A DNA stretch of 64,000 nt. It comes from an uncultured Candidatus Saccharibacteria bacterium. GTDB taxonomy: Bacteria > Patescibacteriota > Dojkabacteria > SC72. Below, piece by piece: positions 18,829 through 29,502 of this stretch (positions are counted from its first letter, which is position 1; every line of letters begins with the position of its first letter). The notes under the pieces are model-generated. The model saw only the letters and a program-made list of their open reading frames with translations. It was not told the DNA's origin and ran no database searches. The stretch is from the NCBI GenBank assembly GCA_964621195.1, contig CAZULJ010000001.1, positions 33,200 to 97,199 on the forward strand. The letters run 5' to 3'. The position numbers and the translations under genes are program-made.

Positions 18829-19269
18829 ATGAACCAGTATATGAAGATAGCTATGGATGAAGCCAGAAAAGGAATGTCTAAGGGACATGGAGGCCCATTT
18901 GGAGCCGTAATTGTTAAAGATGGTAAGATCCTAGCAAAGGATCACAATACTGTTTTAAGAAAAAAGGATGCTACATGCCATGCAGAGTTAAATGTAATAA
19001 GGGGGGCCAGTAAGAAGTTAAAAAGCTTTGACCTTTCTTCCTGTGAGATATATACCACTGGTAAACCTTGTAAGATGTGTGAGGCAGCAATTAATTGGGC
19101 AAAGATAAAGAAAGTATATTACGGCAATACATATCGTGAAGCAATGAATATGGGTTTTGATGATGAAAGAGGAAATAATGAGGGTTTAGTTGAAGAAAGA
19201 ATTGATAGTTCGGAGACAGTAAAACTTGTTGAAGAATGGAATTCTTTTTCAAAAAAGAAAACTTACTAG
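18829..19269 (+). CDS. CMP/dCMP-type zinc deaminase (TadA/guanine-deaminase-like)
   Basis: C-H-A-E (DATCHAELNVI) and P-C-x-x-C (GKPCKMCEAAI) zinc-binding motifs; 146 aa. Confidence 0.75.
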   Translation: MNQYMKIAMDEARKGMSKGHGGPFGAVIVKDGKILAKDHNTVLRKKDATCHAELNVIRGASKKLKSFDLSSCEIYTTGKPCKMCEAAINWAKIKKVYYGNTYREAMNMGFDDERGNNEGLVEERIDSSETVKLVEEWNSFSKKKTY

Positions 19270-19329
19270 TTGTTTGACTTTTCTTTCTTAGCCCTATAAC
19301 CTATTCAATAACCTCTAACTAGTTCTAAT

Positions 19330-20988
19330 ATGTCTAAATACATTTTTGTATCAGGGGGAGTAATTTCTGGTATAGGAAAAGGAATCTCCGCAGCCTCTAT
19401 AGCTTTCATTTTAAAGTCATATGGTTACAAAATAACCATGATAAAAGCTGATCCATATTTAAATGTGGATGCGGGGACTATGAATCCACTTGAACATGGA
19501 GAGACATTTGTACTAGAAGACGGCTTTGAAACAGATATGGATATAGGTACATATGAGAGATTTGTAAATGAGTCTTTTGCTAGACCGAATTCTATGACAT
19601 GTGGTGCTATTCTAGAGAAAGTAATTAAGGATGAAAGATCTCTTGCATATGAAGGTAAATGGGTAAGTCTAGATTACCATGTACCAGATGAAATTATTAC
19701 ATGGATAAAGGGGGTAACTACCCAAAGTGGCGCAGATATAACTATTGTTGAGATTGGAGGTACTGTAGGAGAGGTAGGTAATGCCCTATTCCTTGAGGCG
19801 AACAAGATTATGAAAATTCAAAATCCCCAAGATGTTGTACATGTACACGTTTCATATCTTCCAGTTCCTGGTACTCTTGGTGAAATGAAGAGTAAACCTG
19901 TACAGATATCTACCCAACTACTTAATGCTCACGGTTTACATCCCGATTTTTTGATTGCTAGATCAAAGCTTGGTCTTGATGATGTTAGAAAAGAAAAGCT
20001 CTCCCGTTATTGCTATGTCCCAACCGCTCACATAATCTCTGCAAATGATGTTGACTATATATATGATGTCCCAGAGAACTTTGAGAGTGCAAATTTAGGA
20101 AAGAATCTTTTAAAAGCTCTTTCATTGAAACCAAGAAAAACAGCTCTAATGAAGGAGTGGAAAAGGAAAACACGTAAGATGAGATCTTTGAAGAAAGAAA
20201 TCAATATTGGAATTGTTGGAAAATATTTCAAGAGTGGTAAATTCGATTTAAAGGATTCATATGTGTCTGTACTAGAGGCAATTAATCATGCGAGTTGGGA
20301 AAAAGGTGTTAAAGCGAATATTCATTGGATTGTTGCAGATGATTTTAATACTGATAAACAGTTGCAAGATGAATTGCTTAGTATGGATGGCCTTATCGTT
20401 CCTCAGGGATGGGGCAGTAGAGGGGCTCAGGGTAAGATAAGGGCAATACAGATTGCAAGGGAGAACAAAATTCCATATCTAGGTCTTTGCTACGGTATGC
20501 AGATGGCCGTTATTGAATTTGCTAGAAATGTTCTAGGCTTAGAAGATGCTAATTCTGAAGAAGTGGATCCAAAAAGTAAAAACCTGGTTATACATCTAAT
20601 GGAGGAACAGAAAAAAATACTCAAAGATGGAAAATTTGGGGGAACAATTAGATTAGGTTCTTGGCCATGTAAAATTTTAAAGGGCAGTTTACTTGATTCT
20701 TTGTACAAAGAATACAAAAATGATCTCTTTAAGAAATTACCAACTGTTTTAGAAAGACATAGACATAGATACGAATTTAACAATGAGTATAGAGAGCAAT
20801 TTGAAAGGGCTGGTTTGATTCTGTCCGGTAAAAGTCCAAATGGTAAGCTTGTTGAAGCGATAGAGATCGATAGAAGAGTTCATCCATTCTTTGTAGCTAC
20901 ACAGTATCATCCGGAACTTAAAACAAGATTCCTTTCACCTCATCCAATATTTCTTGGCTTTGTTGAGGCTTGTTTGAACAAAAAGTAG
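19330..20988 (+). CDS. pyrG: CTP synthase
   Basis: N-terminal KYIFVSGGVISGIGKGI synthase domain; C-terminal class I glutamine amidotransferase with LGLCYGMQ catalytic Cys and HPE; 552 aa. Confidence 0.95.
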   Translation: MSKYIFVSGGVISGIGKGISAASIAFILKSYGYKITMIKADPYLNVDAGTMNPLEHGETFVLEDGFETDMDIGTYERFVNESFARPNSMTCGAILEKVIKDERSLAYEGKWVSLDYHVPDEIITWIKGVTTQSGADITIVEIGGTVGEVGNALFLEANKIMKIQNPQDVVHVHVSYLPVPGTLGEMKSKPVQISTQLLNAHGLHPDFLIARSKLGLDDVRKEKLSRYCYVPTAHIISANDVDYIYDVPENFESANLGKNLLKALSLKPRKTALMKEWKRKTRKMRSLKKEINIGIVGKYFKSGKFDLKDSYVSVLEAINHASWEKGVKANIHWIVADDFNTDKQLQDELLSMDGLIVPQGWGSRGAQGKIRAIQIARENKIPYLGLCYGMQMAVIEFARNVLGLEDANSEEVDPKSKNLVIHLMEEQKKILKDGKFGGTIRLGSWPCKILKGSLLDSLYKEYKNDLFKKLPTVLERHRHRYEFNNEYREQFERAGLILSGKSPNGKLVEAIEIDRRVHPFFVATQYHPELKTRFLSPHPIFLGFVEACLNKK

Positions 20989-21026
20989 TAAAATTGTTTA
21001 ACTACTTTAACTTGTGAAAAATAGAT

Positions 21027-22589
21027 ATGACTGATTACAAAGATATTGGATCATATACAATCTTAGGTATTGGAGGTAAGGGTGCCTACTACGTTGCAAA
21101 ATATCTTCTCCTGAAGGGTTGTGAAATTAAGGGGTATGATCTTCGTAAGTCAGAAAAAACGGATGAACTGGAATCTTTGGGAATTGATATTGTGTATGAG
21201 AATCCAAAAAATGGTGAAAGATTTGATACCGATGGATATATATATTCAAATGATTTACCTCAGAGATTACAAAGTGAGATCTTTGCAGCAAATAATAATG
21301 TGCCAAAGTTTGAGGTTGGTGAGATATATCATATGATTTTGGATGATTATGAATCTCAAAAGCTTTCTGATGTTGAAATTAAAGCTTTTAAAGACTCGAA
21401 TATAGCCCCCTTGTATCAAATAGATTATTCCAAAATGAAATATATTGCTGTTACTGGTACTGATGGAAAAACGACTACCTGTACCATGATATATCATTTA
21501 CTTAAAGAACATGGCTTTAAACCAGCATTGATCACTACAGTATCTGCAAAAATAGGGAATGAGAATATTGATACTGGTTTTCATACTACAACCCCTACTT
21601 CACAGGAGCTATATTCACTTCTACAGAAAGCTGAAAAGTCTAATTGCACTCATATGATTCTTGAAACAACCTCTCACGGTCTCTCACAGGGTCGTATAAT
21701 GGGATTAAAGTTCGATGCGATAGCGTATACAAATATTACAGAGGAACACTTAGACTATCACAAAAGTTGGGTAAACTTAGTAAAAGCAAAATCTTTACTC
21801 CTAACCAGGCATACAAAACGAAATTGTATTGTCGCATTAAATATCGATGACTCAAGATCGTATGATTATCTATCTCCTTTGCATTCTCATTTTACCTACT
21901 CTCAGTTAGAAAAGGCAGACCTATATGCTTCAGAGATCAGGGAATCTGATGAGGGAATATATTTTAACGTAGATAGCGAAGATATCTTTCTTCCAATCTT
22001 GGGTAAATACAACATATCAAATTTCTTAGCAGCTTCAATAGTTGTTAAAAATCTTGAAAATATGTCTATGGAAGATATTGGTAAATATATTTCTTCATTC
22101 AAAACAATTACGGGTAGGATGGAAGTTATACAAAAAGATCCGTTTTTTGTAATTGTAGATTATGCTCATACTCCCAATGCTTTAGAGAATGCACTTAAAT
22201 CTGCCAAAGAGATGACCAAGGGTAGATTGATACATGTTTTTGGATGTGCTGGGCATAGGGACTACTTTAAAAGGCCACAGATGGGTAGAATTTCTGGAGA
22301 GATTGCCGATATTACAATATTAACTGCAGAGGATCCTCGATTAGAGTCTTTGAAAGATATTAATGATGAGATAGCCAAGGGTTACAAAGGTAAGGAGTTG
22401 ATTAGGTTTGATGATGAGAGTATGAATGTAAAAAACAGAAGAGATGCAATAAGTAGAGCAATACAGATTGCGAATGAGGGTGATACTGTAATAATTACAG
22501 GTAAAGCTCATGAATCCTCACTATGTTTTGGTCAAACAGAGTATATTTGGAATGATATAGAGGAAGTGAAGAAACTTCTTAACGTTTAA
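21027..22589 (+). CDS. Mur ligase family protein (MurC-like N-domain, MurE-like C-terminal motif)
   Basis: N-terminal Rossmann-like ILGIGGKGAYYVAKYLL (MurC/Mpl-type); P-loop AVTGTDGKTTT; C-domain DYAHTPNALENAL (MurE-type DYAHTP); 520 aa. Confidence 0.7.
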   Translation: MTDYKDIGSYTILGIGGKGAYYVAKYLLLKGCEIKGYDLRKSEKTDELESLGIDIVYENPKNGERFDTDGYIYSNDLPQRLQSEIFAANNNVPKFEVGEIYHMILDDYESQKLSDVEIKAFKDSNIAPLYQIDYSKMKYIAVTGTDGKTTTCTMIYHLLKEHGFKPALITTVSAKIGNENIDTGFHTTTPTSQELYSLLQKAEKSNCTHMILETTSHGLSQGRIMGLKFDAIAYTNITEEHLDYHKSWVNLVKAKSLLLTRHTKRNCIVALNIDDSRSYDYLSPLHSHFTYSQLEKADLYASEIRESDEGIYFNVDSEDIFLPILGKYNISNFLAASIVVKNLENMSMEDIGKYISSFKTITGRMEVIQKDPFFVIVDYAHTPNALENALKSAKEMTKGRLIHVFGCAGHRDYFKRPQMGRISGEIADITILTAEDPRLESLKDINDEIAKGYKGKELIRFDDESMNVKNRRDAISRAIQIANEGDTVIITGKAHESSLCFGQTEYIWNDIEEVKKLLNV

Positions 22590-24687
22590 TAAATATCTTA
22601 ATATCTACAAGAACGGCTCTCTCCTCTGTTAGTATTACTGGGTTTATATCCATCGTGTATATCTCTGGATATGTAACTAATATTCCTTGTATCTTGTCTA
22701 TTGTTTCAATTAAGGATTGTTTTGCTAATGGTGCTTTTCCTCTAAATCCATTTATAACTTTGTATATATTAGTTCTTTCTAATGCCTCTGTAATATTTTT
22801 TATACTTTCTGGAACTAAGAATTTTTCTATATCTTTATATACCTCAGTATATATACCCCCTTGACCTATTGCCATTAGATGCCCAAATCCCAAACCCTCT
22901 GGTTCGTAAATATCTATATCTCCCTCTCTGTTTGCTCCTATGAAGAACTCGGCTTTTGGTTCAATCATTTCCTGTATAAGTATTTCTGGAGTTGTTTTAC
23001 CTGTTACCTTCTCAATATTTGAAGTTAATTCTTCAAACTTTGCTTGTAGCTCAGATATGGTCCTAATATCAAGGAAGAGTCCTTTAAAATCTGTCTTGTG
23101 AGCCAGATCTTTCGCTGTTGCTTTAATAGCTACTGGAAAGTTCTTCGCTGCAAACTCGATTGCCTCGTCGATACTTGCTGTAATTAGTTGATTAGGAATA
23201 TCTAGGGCAAACTCTTTAGCAATTTCCATTGTAATATTATCAGGTAGAACCTCTAACTCATCTGTAATTATTTCTTCAATATCTTTTTTAAACTTCGCCT
23301 TCCCTTTAAGTGTAGACACATCTCTAGAGGTATATGTATTTTCATTTATGACATAGTTTGTTAACTTGCTTACTAGTTTTACTGTGTCCTCTATATCATT
23401 TGAGTAATAAAGGCCGTATGCACCAAGGATACTATTACCATCTTGAATCTCTTTTCCGCCTAAGAAGCATGAAAATATGGGTTTGGATGTTTGTTTTTGT
23501 ATGTTTGCAATTAATTTTGCAACTCCAGTAATATCTGTAACTAATTGAGGAGTAAGTATGACAAGCAAGGAATCTACATTTATGTCATCTAGAACAATAT
23601 TTATAGCTTTCTCATATCTATCTAAGAGGGCATCGCCAAGTATATCGACAGGGTTGTTTACGTTTGCAAACACAGGCAACTCTTTTCGTAGTTTCTCCTT
23701 GGTTTTATCTCCAATATTAGCAACATTAAGACCAAAGCTTTCTACAAAGTCGGTAGCCATTATTCCAGGCCCTCCTGCATTTGTAACAATACCTACATTT
23801 TTTCCTTTCGGTAGTTTCTTGCCTGAAAGCACTTTTAGCGTATCAAAGAGCTCTTCTGAGCTTTCTACTTTTATTAAATTTGCTTTCTTTATTGCAGCTA
23901 GTGTTATGTCATATGATTTTGCTAAAGAGCCTGTATGGGAAGATATAGCCTCCGTGCCTTTTTGTGAACTTCCTGGGGCAATTATAACGATTGGTTTATC
24001 AACCTTCTTTGCGATTTCTACAAAGTCTTTACCATCGTCAAATTCCTCAAGATATATTGCTATTGATTCTGTATATTTATCCTTTTGTAGGAACTCTACT
24101 AATTCATTCTCATTTATATCTGCCTTATTACCAATGGAGATTATCTTCGAGAATCCGATATTATCTCTACATGCCATATCCATTATTGCTGTAGCAAAAG
24201 CTCCTGATTGAGATATGAATGCGGTAGTCCCATCTCCTGGATTAGCTCTTGCAAAAGAGAGGTTAATGTTTGAATTATTATTAATATATCCAAGACTATT
24301 AGGACCGATTAATCTTATTCCTGCATTTTTAAGTTTAGTAGCAATCTCCTCTTCAAGAGCTTTACCTTCTTTCCCTGTTTCTTTGAAGCCAGCAGAGATT
24401 ATCAATACAGTAGATACAGATTTCGCAATACAATCATCTACAACGGCAGATACAAATTGAGATGGTACAACTATGCATACCATTTCTACGGATTCTTTTA
24501 TTGATGTAAGCTCTGGAAAGCATTGTTTTCCTTCGATTTCTTTATACTTAGGATTTACAGTAAAGACTTTTCCATTGTAGCCACCCTCTAGCAAGTTTCT
24601 AAGTATTACATTGCCTATTTTATTTTTATCTTGTGAAGCTCCTACAATGGCAATACTTTTAGGAGAAAGGATGTTTTCTTTTATCAT
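22579..24687 (-). CDS. acetyl-CoA synthetase (ADP-forming), fused alpha/beta subunits
   Basis: N-terminal CoA-binding motif PKSIAIVGASQDKNKIGNVILRNL...VNPKY; ligase-CoA and ATP-grasp regions; 702 aa. Confidence 0.8.
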   Translation of the reverse strand: MIKENILSPKSIAIVGASQDKNKIGNVILRNLLEGGYNGKVFTVNPKYKEIEGKQCFPELTSIKESVEMVCIVVPSQFVSAVVDDCIAKSVSTVLIISAGFKETGKEGKALEEEIATKLKNAGIRLIGPNSLGYINNNSNINLSFARANPGDGTTAFISQSGAFATAIMDMACRDNIGFSKIISIGNKADINENELVEFLQKDKYTESIAIYLEEFDDGKDFVEIAKKVDKPIVIIAPGSSQKGTEAISSHTGSLAKSYDITLAAIKKANLIKVESSEELFDTLKVLSGKKLPKGKNVGIVTNAGGPGIMATDFVESFGLNVANIGDKTKEKLRKELPVFANVNNPVDILGDALLDRYEKAINIVLDDINVDSLLVILTPQLVTDITGVAKLIANIQKQTSKPIFSCFLGGKEIQDGNSILGAYGLYYSNDIEDTVKLVSKLTNYVINENTYTSRDVSTLKGKAKFKKDIEEIITDELEVLPDNITMEIAKEFALDIPNQLITASIDEAIEFAAKNFPVAIKATAKDLAHKTDFKGLFLDIRTISELQAKFEELTSNIEKVTGKTTPEILIQEMIEPKAEFFIGANREGDIDIYEPEGLGFGHLMAIGQGGIYTEVYKDIEKFLVPESIKNITEALERTNIYKVINGFRGKAPLAKQSLIETIDKIQGILVTYPEIYTMDINPVILTEERAVLVDIKIFIKR

Positions 24688-24688
24688 T

Positions 24689-25540
24689 CTATTCGAATCT
24701 TGATAATATATTTTTTATCTCATGACTTCTTACTTCGTCTACCAGTTCTGTTTTGTATTTCTTTCTGTTTTCCAAATTACTGTAGAAGTCTTGTCTTCCA
24801 ATATTTTTGTATATGATACCTGTATAGATGTTTTCTGGATCCTTAACACACTTTACTGCATCACTAATTGTGCCTTTAGGTTCTGTTACCTTAATTCTTT
24901 CTTTAAACCACTCTGGTGAACATTCCGGATTGTATGTAGGGCAAAGCTGCATCACTTCTATTACACTAAACCCCTTGTGCTTTATACCCTCTTTAAATAG
25001 TTCTGATAGCTGTCGGAGCTCTCCTGAGTATCCTCTTGCAAAGAATGTTGGATTTAAGCTTAATACAAGCTCTCCTATGTTAATATCTCCTTCAGGTTTG
25101 CCATCGGGTAGTGCATACATTCTCTTGCCCTGTTTTGATGTTGATGTAGCTTGGCCCGTTGTAAGAGCAAAATTCTGATTGTTATGAATAACTACGGTAA
25201 TGTCATAGTTGGATCGTATACCATGTATTAAATGATCTATACCCTCGTGCAAACAGCCTCCATCCCCTATATCTGCAATTACAGTCATCTTTCTGTTTGC
25301 TAGGTGTGCACCAACGGCTAATGGTATTGATCTTCCATGTAATCCTTTAAACCTAAAGCCTTCGATATCATCTACACCATTACCGTTGCATCCTATATCA
25401 AAGGTAATTACTACTTCACTAGGAGATTTTTTTAGATCAACAAGGGCCTGTTTAAGAGCCATATGTATGGTGAAGTTACCACAGCCAGGACACCATGTAT
25501 TTTTTATATTTGTATTGTAATCTTCAATACTTATTGACAT
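24689..25540 (-). CDS. 2-oxoacid:ferredoxin oxidoreductase, beta (TPP-binding) subunit
   Basis: WCPGCGNFTI motif and TPP-binding GDGG region; 283 aa; start abuts the alpha subunit stop. Confidence 0.85.
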   Translation of the reverse strand: MSISIEDYNTNIKNTWCPGCGNFTIHMALKQALVDLKKSPSEVVITFDIGCNGNGVDDIEGFRFKGLHGRSIPLAVGAHLANRKMTVIADIGDGGCLHEGIDHLIHGIRSNYDITVVIHNNQNFALTTGQATSTSKQGKRMYALPDGKPEGDINIGELVLSLNPTFFARGYSGELRQLSELFKEGIKHKGFSVIEVMQLCPTYNPECSPEWFKERIKVTEPKGTISDAVKCVKDPENIYTGIIYKNIGRQDFYSNLENRKKYKTELVDEVRSHEIKNILSRFE

Positions 25541-25541
25541 A

Positions 25542-27257
25542 TTACTGTTCCAAAAAATCTAAAATATCCTCTACAAAAAATGGTCTAGCATCAAACTTAA
25601 GAAGTTTTTCAGGAAATTCAAAGTTACACTCCCTTTTGATTAACTTCCCTAACTCTCCAGTTTGATTGTTTTCAATCAGTACGACTCTGCTACCATCCTC
25701 GTACATCTCTAATATCTTTTCAAACTTTAATGGGTATATGTATTGGTAATGTAGATATCCAATCTTTTTCTCAGATTGAGTTATTGCATCTAGTACTGCA
25801 TTCTTTGTTGTTCCCATTCCTACAAATACTATGTCTGGATCTTTTGATCCAAAATATTTGGGCTCTGGGAGATCTTTTCTTAGAGTATTGATTTTCCTTA
25901 ATCTTTTTTCAGACATCTCTACAATATTTTCAATTTCTTCGGTGCTAATACCCTCCTGGTTATGCTCATCGCTATTTATAATATATGTTTGACTACCTTT
26001 TTGAGGAAGCCATCTTGGGGATATTCCACTGCTAGTAATTTCATACCTGTATTTTCCCTTGTTTAGTCCTCTTTCAATTTTTAGAGGCTTAGGGAGATCT
26101 TTAATATTAAACAGGGATTCGGCGTTCTGTTTCTCTGTTAAAAGTATTACAGGAAGTTGATATTTCTCGGCAATATTAAAAGAACTTTGTATTAATTCGT
26201 AGCTATCTTTCGCATCACTAGTAGATATTACACACCTTGGAAACTCTCCATGCCCAGCACCAATGGAAACTCCTAAATCTCCAGCTCCAGTCCAAGTAGG
26301 AACTCCAGTGCCTGGACCAGATCTTTGTCCTAGGACTATTACTAAAGGTGTTTCTGTCATACCGGCACATGAAAGTGTTTCTGTCATTAGATCAAAACCT
26401 CCTCCTGATGTTGCTGTAAAAGCCCTTGTTCCCATATACATGCTTCCCATAGCTAATTGAACTGCGGTAATTTCACTTTCTGCTTGCTTAACTAGTAAAC
26501 CTGTTTCTTTGTATGTATCCCCTAACACCTCTAATATTGCAGTAGAAGGAGTCATTGGATATGCATAGTATGCCCTACAACCAGAAGAGATTGCGCCCAA
26601 TGCTATGGCTTCATTCCCTGTAAGTATTTTGGATTTGTTCCAAAAAGGAATCTTTTTTACAGGCATATCTTTTAATTCATATTTCTGAGGTTTCTGGTAT
26701 GTAAAACCAGCCCTTAAGCATCTAAACTCTGCATCCATATCAATATTTTTACCTTGGAATTTCTTCTTAAGGATATTTTCTAATACTTTTATATCTAGAT
26801 TTAATATCTCCCATATATATCCAAGCATAACTACATTGGCCATGATCTTTGGTGCCTTGTTATCCTCTGCAATAGCAACTGTATCTAAAAAGATTACTTC
26901 AATATCGTTTTCAGAAATATATTCATCCTCTTCTTTTGTAAACTCAAACTCTTTTACAGAGTGAAGGATAAGGCCGTTTCTGTTAACTGATTGAATATAT
27001 TTGTGTAGTGCCTCAGGTGCCAAAGAAGCTAAGATATTAGTATATCTTGAGGAAGAGTTTACTTCGCTATCTGAGAAATCTATTTGATATGATGCATATC
27101 CACCCTTAATTATTGATGGATACTCCCTATATGCAAATGTAAAGAAACCTGAGTTTTTTATACCTTTCGAAAGAATCTCACCAAGAGTATTAATGCCTTG
27201 TCCTGATTGGCCACCAAATTTCAAAGAGAATCTGTTTTTCATCTGTATATACAACAA
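25542..27257 (-). CDS. 2-oxoacid:ferredoxin oxidoreductase, alpha subunit with N-terminal gamma domain
   Basis: Gamma-domain start FSLKFGGQSGQGINTLGEIL; alpha-domain LTGNEAIALGAISSGCRAYYAYPMTPST; 571 aa. Confidence 0.8.
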   Translation of the reverse strand: MLYIQMKNRFSLKFGGQSGQGINTLGEILSKGIKNSGFFTFAYREYPSIIKGGYASYQIDFSDSEVNSSSRYTNILASLAPEALHKYIQSVNRNGLILHSVKEFEFTKEEDEYISENDIEVIFLDTVAIAEDNKAPKIMANVVMLGYIWEILNLDIKVLENILKKKFQGKNIDMDAEFRCLRAGFTYQKPQKYELKDMPVKKIPFWNKSKILTGNEAIALGAISSGCRAYYAYPMTPSTAILEVLGDTYKETGLLVKQAESEITAVQLAMGSMYMGTRAFTATSGGGFDLMTETLSCAGMTETPLVIVLGQRSGPGTGVPTWTGAGDLGVSIGAGHGEFPRCVISTSDAKDSYELIQSSFNIAEKYQLPVILLTEKQNAESLFNIKDLPKPLKIERGLNKGKYRYEITSSGISPRWLPQKGSQTYIINSDEHNQEGISTEEIENIVEMSEKRLRKINTLRKDLPEPKYFGSKDPDIVFVGMGTTKNAVLDAITQSEKKIGYLHYQYIYPLKFEKILEMYEDGSRVVLIENNQTGELGKLIKRECNFEFPEKLLKFDARPFFVEDILDFLEQ

Positions 27258-27338
27258 ATTAGGAGCAGTAATATATCCAGAGTAACATTCTGGAAATATA
27301 TTGTCAAAAGGTTACAAAAGTCCCTATTCTAATGTAGA

Positions 27339-28301
27339 ATGTTTGCTATGAAAGATTTTGCAAGAGTAAAGATACAATCAGGGAATGGAGGAGAAGGCTT
27401 AATTGCATTTGATAGTGCAAGAAAGGCTGATGGTGGTAGTGGAGGTAAGGGAGGAGATGTATATATTGAAGGTAGTAGTAATATCTTTGACCTATCACAT
27501 CTGGAAAAGACTACATCTCTTCGTGCACAGGATGGTAACAGAGGAGAGAAAAACAAAAGAACCGGAAAAGATGGAAGTGATTTAATTGTATATGTTCCTC
27601 TTGTAACAAAGGTTCTTAATGCCGATGGAACAGAGATATTCAAAATATCAAAGGTAGGAGAGAGAGTTAAGGTATTAAGTGGTGGAGTTGGTGGTATTGG
27701 TAATTTTGCACTTAGAGGTGAGGGTTGGGATGGGAAACTTTCAAGAAAAAGGGCTGAGAAGGGAGAAAGTATTCAACTTTCTTTTGAATTAAACTTGAGG
27801 GCAGATGCTATCTTCTTGGGGTTTCCGAATGCAGGTAAATCTAGTTTGATAAATGCTCTCACAAATGCAAAGTACAAGGTTGCATCATATGAATTCACTA
27901 CATTAGATCCTCAGTTAGCTGTTATGAAAAGATTTGTATTAATGGATTTGCCGGGTTTAATCGAAGGGGCATATTTGGGTAAAGGTTTAGGAACTGAGTT
28001 TTTGAAACATACAAAATACTCTAAACTTCTAGTGCATTGTATTAGCTTAGAAAATGAGAATATATTGGATAGCTACAAAAAGATGAGAGAGGAGTTCTCT
28101 AAAATATCTAAAGACTTGGATCTTCTTCCCGAGTTTGTAGTATTCACAAAGGCTGACATATTATCCCTTGAGGACTTAGAGAAGAAACAGAAGGAGATTG
28201 AAAAGTCTTTCAAGGATTTTATAATAGTGTCGGTGTTCAGAGAGGAAGATGTCTTGAAATTAAGAACCTCCTTAGAACAGAGATTGAGTTCTACTTCTTA
28301 A
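27339..28301 (+). CDS. obg: GTPase Obg
   Basis: Gly-rich Obg fold N-domain (GNGGEG, GGSGGKGGD); G-domain GFPNAGKSSL, DLPGLIEGA, FTKAD; 320 aa. Confidence 0.85.
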   Translation: MFAMKDFARVKIQSGNGGEGLIAFDSARKADGGSGGKGGDVYIEGSSNIFDLSHLEKTTSLRAQDGNRGEKNKRTGKDGSDLIVYVPLVTKVLNADGTEIFKISKVGERVKVLSGGVGGIGNFALRGEGWDGKLSRKRAEKGESIQLSFELNLRADAIFLGFPNAGKSSLINALTNAKYKVASYEFTTLDPQLAVMKRFVLMDLPGLIEGAYLGKGLGTEFLKHTKYSKLLVHCISLENENILDSYKKMREEFSKISKDLDLLPEFVVFTKADILSLEDLEKKQKEIEKSFKDFIIVSVFREEDVLKLRTSLEQRLSSTS

Positions 28302-29081
28302 TCCTTGGTCAAGCGCTCTTTTTGCATTCCATTGTAAATCTGGCTTGTCACTCATACTATCTACCAACCACTCCAAATACTCCCTGTCTGTTCTCTCTAT
28401 TTCCTCGAATGTTTTACCCATATATTTCCCAAAAGACATCTCTCTCATTATCTGTGGTTGTTTAGTTATCAATTGCATATTCTCAATACTTAACTTTGTG
28501 TTGTCTTTAAGGTAGTTGAATAGGTCTCTAAGGAAGTAAACATCACTTAAGGCATCATGAGCAGTCATATGCCCCTTATCTTCTGTTTTGTATAGTCCAA
28601 GATAGTATCTGAGATATTGAAGTTTGTAGCTTTCTAAATCCTTGCCATCTTGTGTTGTAAGGGCATTTCTTGCTACTTTTAATGTACATATTGGGTCTTC
28701 AATGTGTATTCCCTTTTTCTCAAGAACTTCTACATCAAAATCGGAATTATGGGCAACAAAGACGTATTTCTTTGCAAGGAATTCTAAATATTCTTTTAAT
28801 GAAGTACCCGTGAATTCAGGATCTTTCCCATCCTCTGGAACTAAAGCATCTTCAAAGTATTCCCTATCTTCTACATCTTCTGGAGTAATATTATGAATTG
28901 CCATTGATCCAAATGTTATCTCTTGTCTTGGTTTTACAAAAGAATTTAACCATATGTTAGGGTCATCTGTAACAAAAGCCACTTGTAAAAGGTCTTTGCT
29001 TTGTACGTCTGTTGTTTCTGTATCTATATACAGGAGGAGTTTGTTTGACATATATTTAATATTCCTCCGATCTGTGAGCAT
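28272..29081 (-). CDS. DEDDh 3'-5' exonuclease (DNA polymerase III epsilon-like) with C-terminal accessory domain
   Basis: Exo I YIDTETTD, Exo II HNSDFDVEVL, Exo III HMTAHDALSD; 269 aa. Confidence 0.8.
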   Translation of the reverse strand: MLTDRRNIKYMSNKLLLYIDTETTDVQSKDLLQVAFVTDDPNIWLNSFVKPRQEITFGSMAIHNITPEDVEDREYFEDALVPEDGKDPEFTGTSLKEYLEFLAKKYVFVAHNSDFDVEVLEKKGIHIEDPICTLKVARNALTTQDGKDLESYKLQYLRYYLGLYKTEDKGHMTAHDALSDVYFLRDLFNYLKDNTKLSIENMQLITKQPQIMREMSFGKYMGKTFEEIERTDREYLEWLVDSMSDKPDLQWNAKRALDQGLRSRTQSLF

Positions 29082-29487
29082 TTTGGTTTATTTTTATAAC
29101 CAAATTAAGAAACTGTTTTTGCTCTTCCTTTGTTAAGGACTTAAAGACCCAGTCATATCTTTTAACAGTTTTGTCTACAAGAGCATCTACCTCTTTGTCT
29201 GCCATTTTTGTTAAGGTAATATTTATTACTCTTCTATCATTGCCGTCATCACATCTTTCCAACCAACCGTTAGAAACTAATTTATCTATCTGTGCGGTTA
29301 TTGTTGCAGGTGTTACATTAAACTGCTTTGCGAGATCACTAGATTTAACACACCCTTTGTCTTTGATAAAGACAAGGGTCCGAAGCTGAAGGGGAGATAG
29401 CTCACCTTTTTTGTATGAGCGTAACTCTATATTTTTGATAAAATCGAGGGTGTTTTGGATAATTTGTTTCTCGAGTGGCACAATCAT
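29056..29487 (-). CDS. MarR family transcriptional regulator
   Basis: Winged helix-turn-helix (LSPLQLRTLVFIKDKGCVKSSDLAKQFNVTPATITAQIDKLVSNGWLER); 143 aa. Confidence 0.8.
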   Translation of the reverse strand: MIVPLEKQIIQNTLDFIKNIELRSYKKGELSPLQLRTLVFIKDKGCVKSSDLAKQFNVTPATITAQIDKLVSNGWLERCDDGNDRRVINITLTKMADKEVDALVDKTVKRYDWVFKSLTKEEQKQFLNLVIKINQNAHRSEEY

Positions 29488-29502
29488 TACTCTAAAAATT
29501 TA

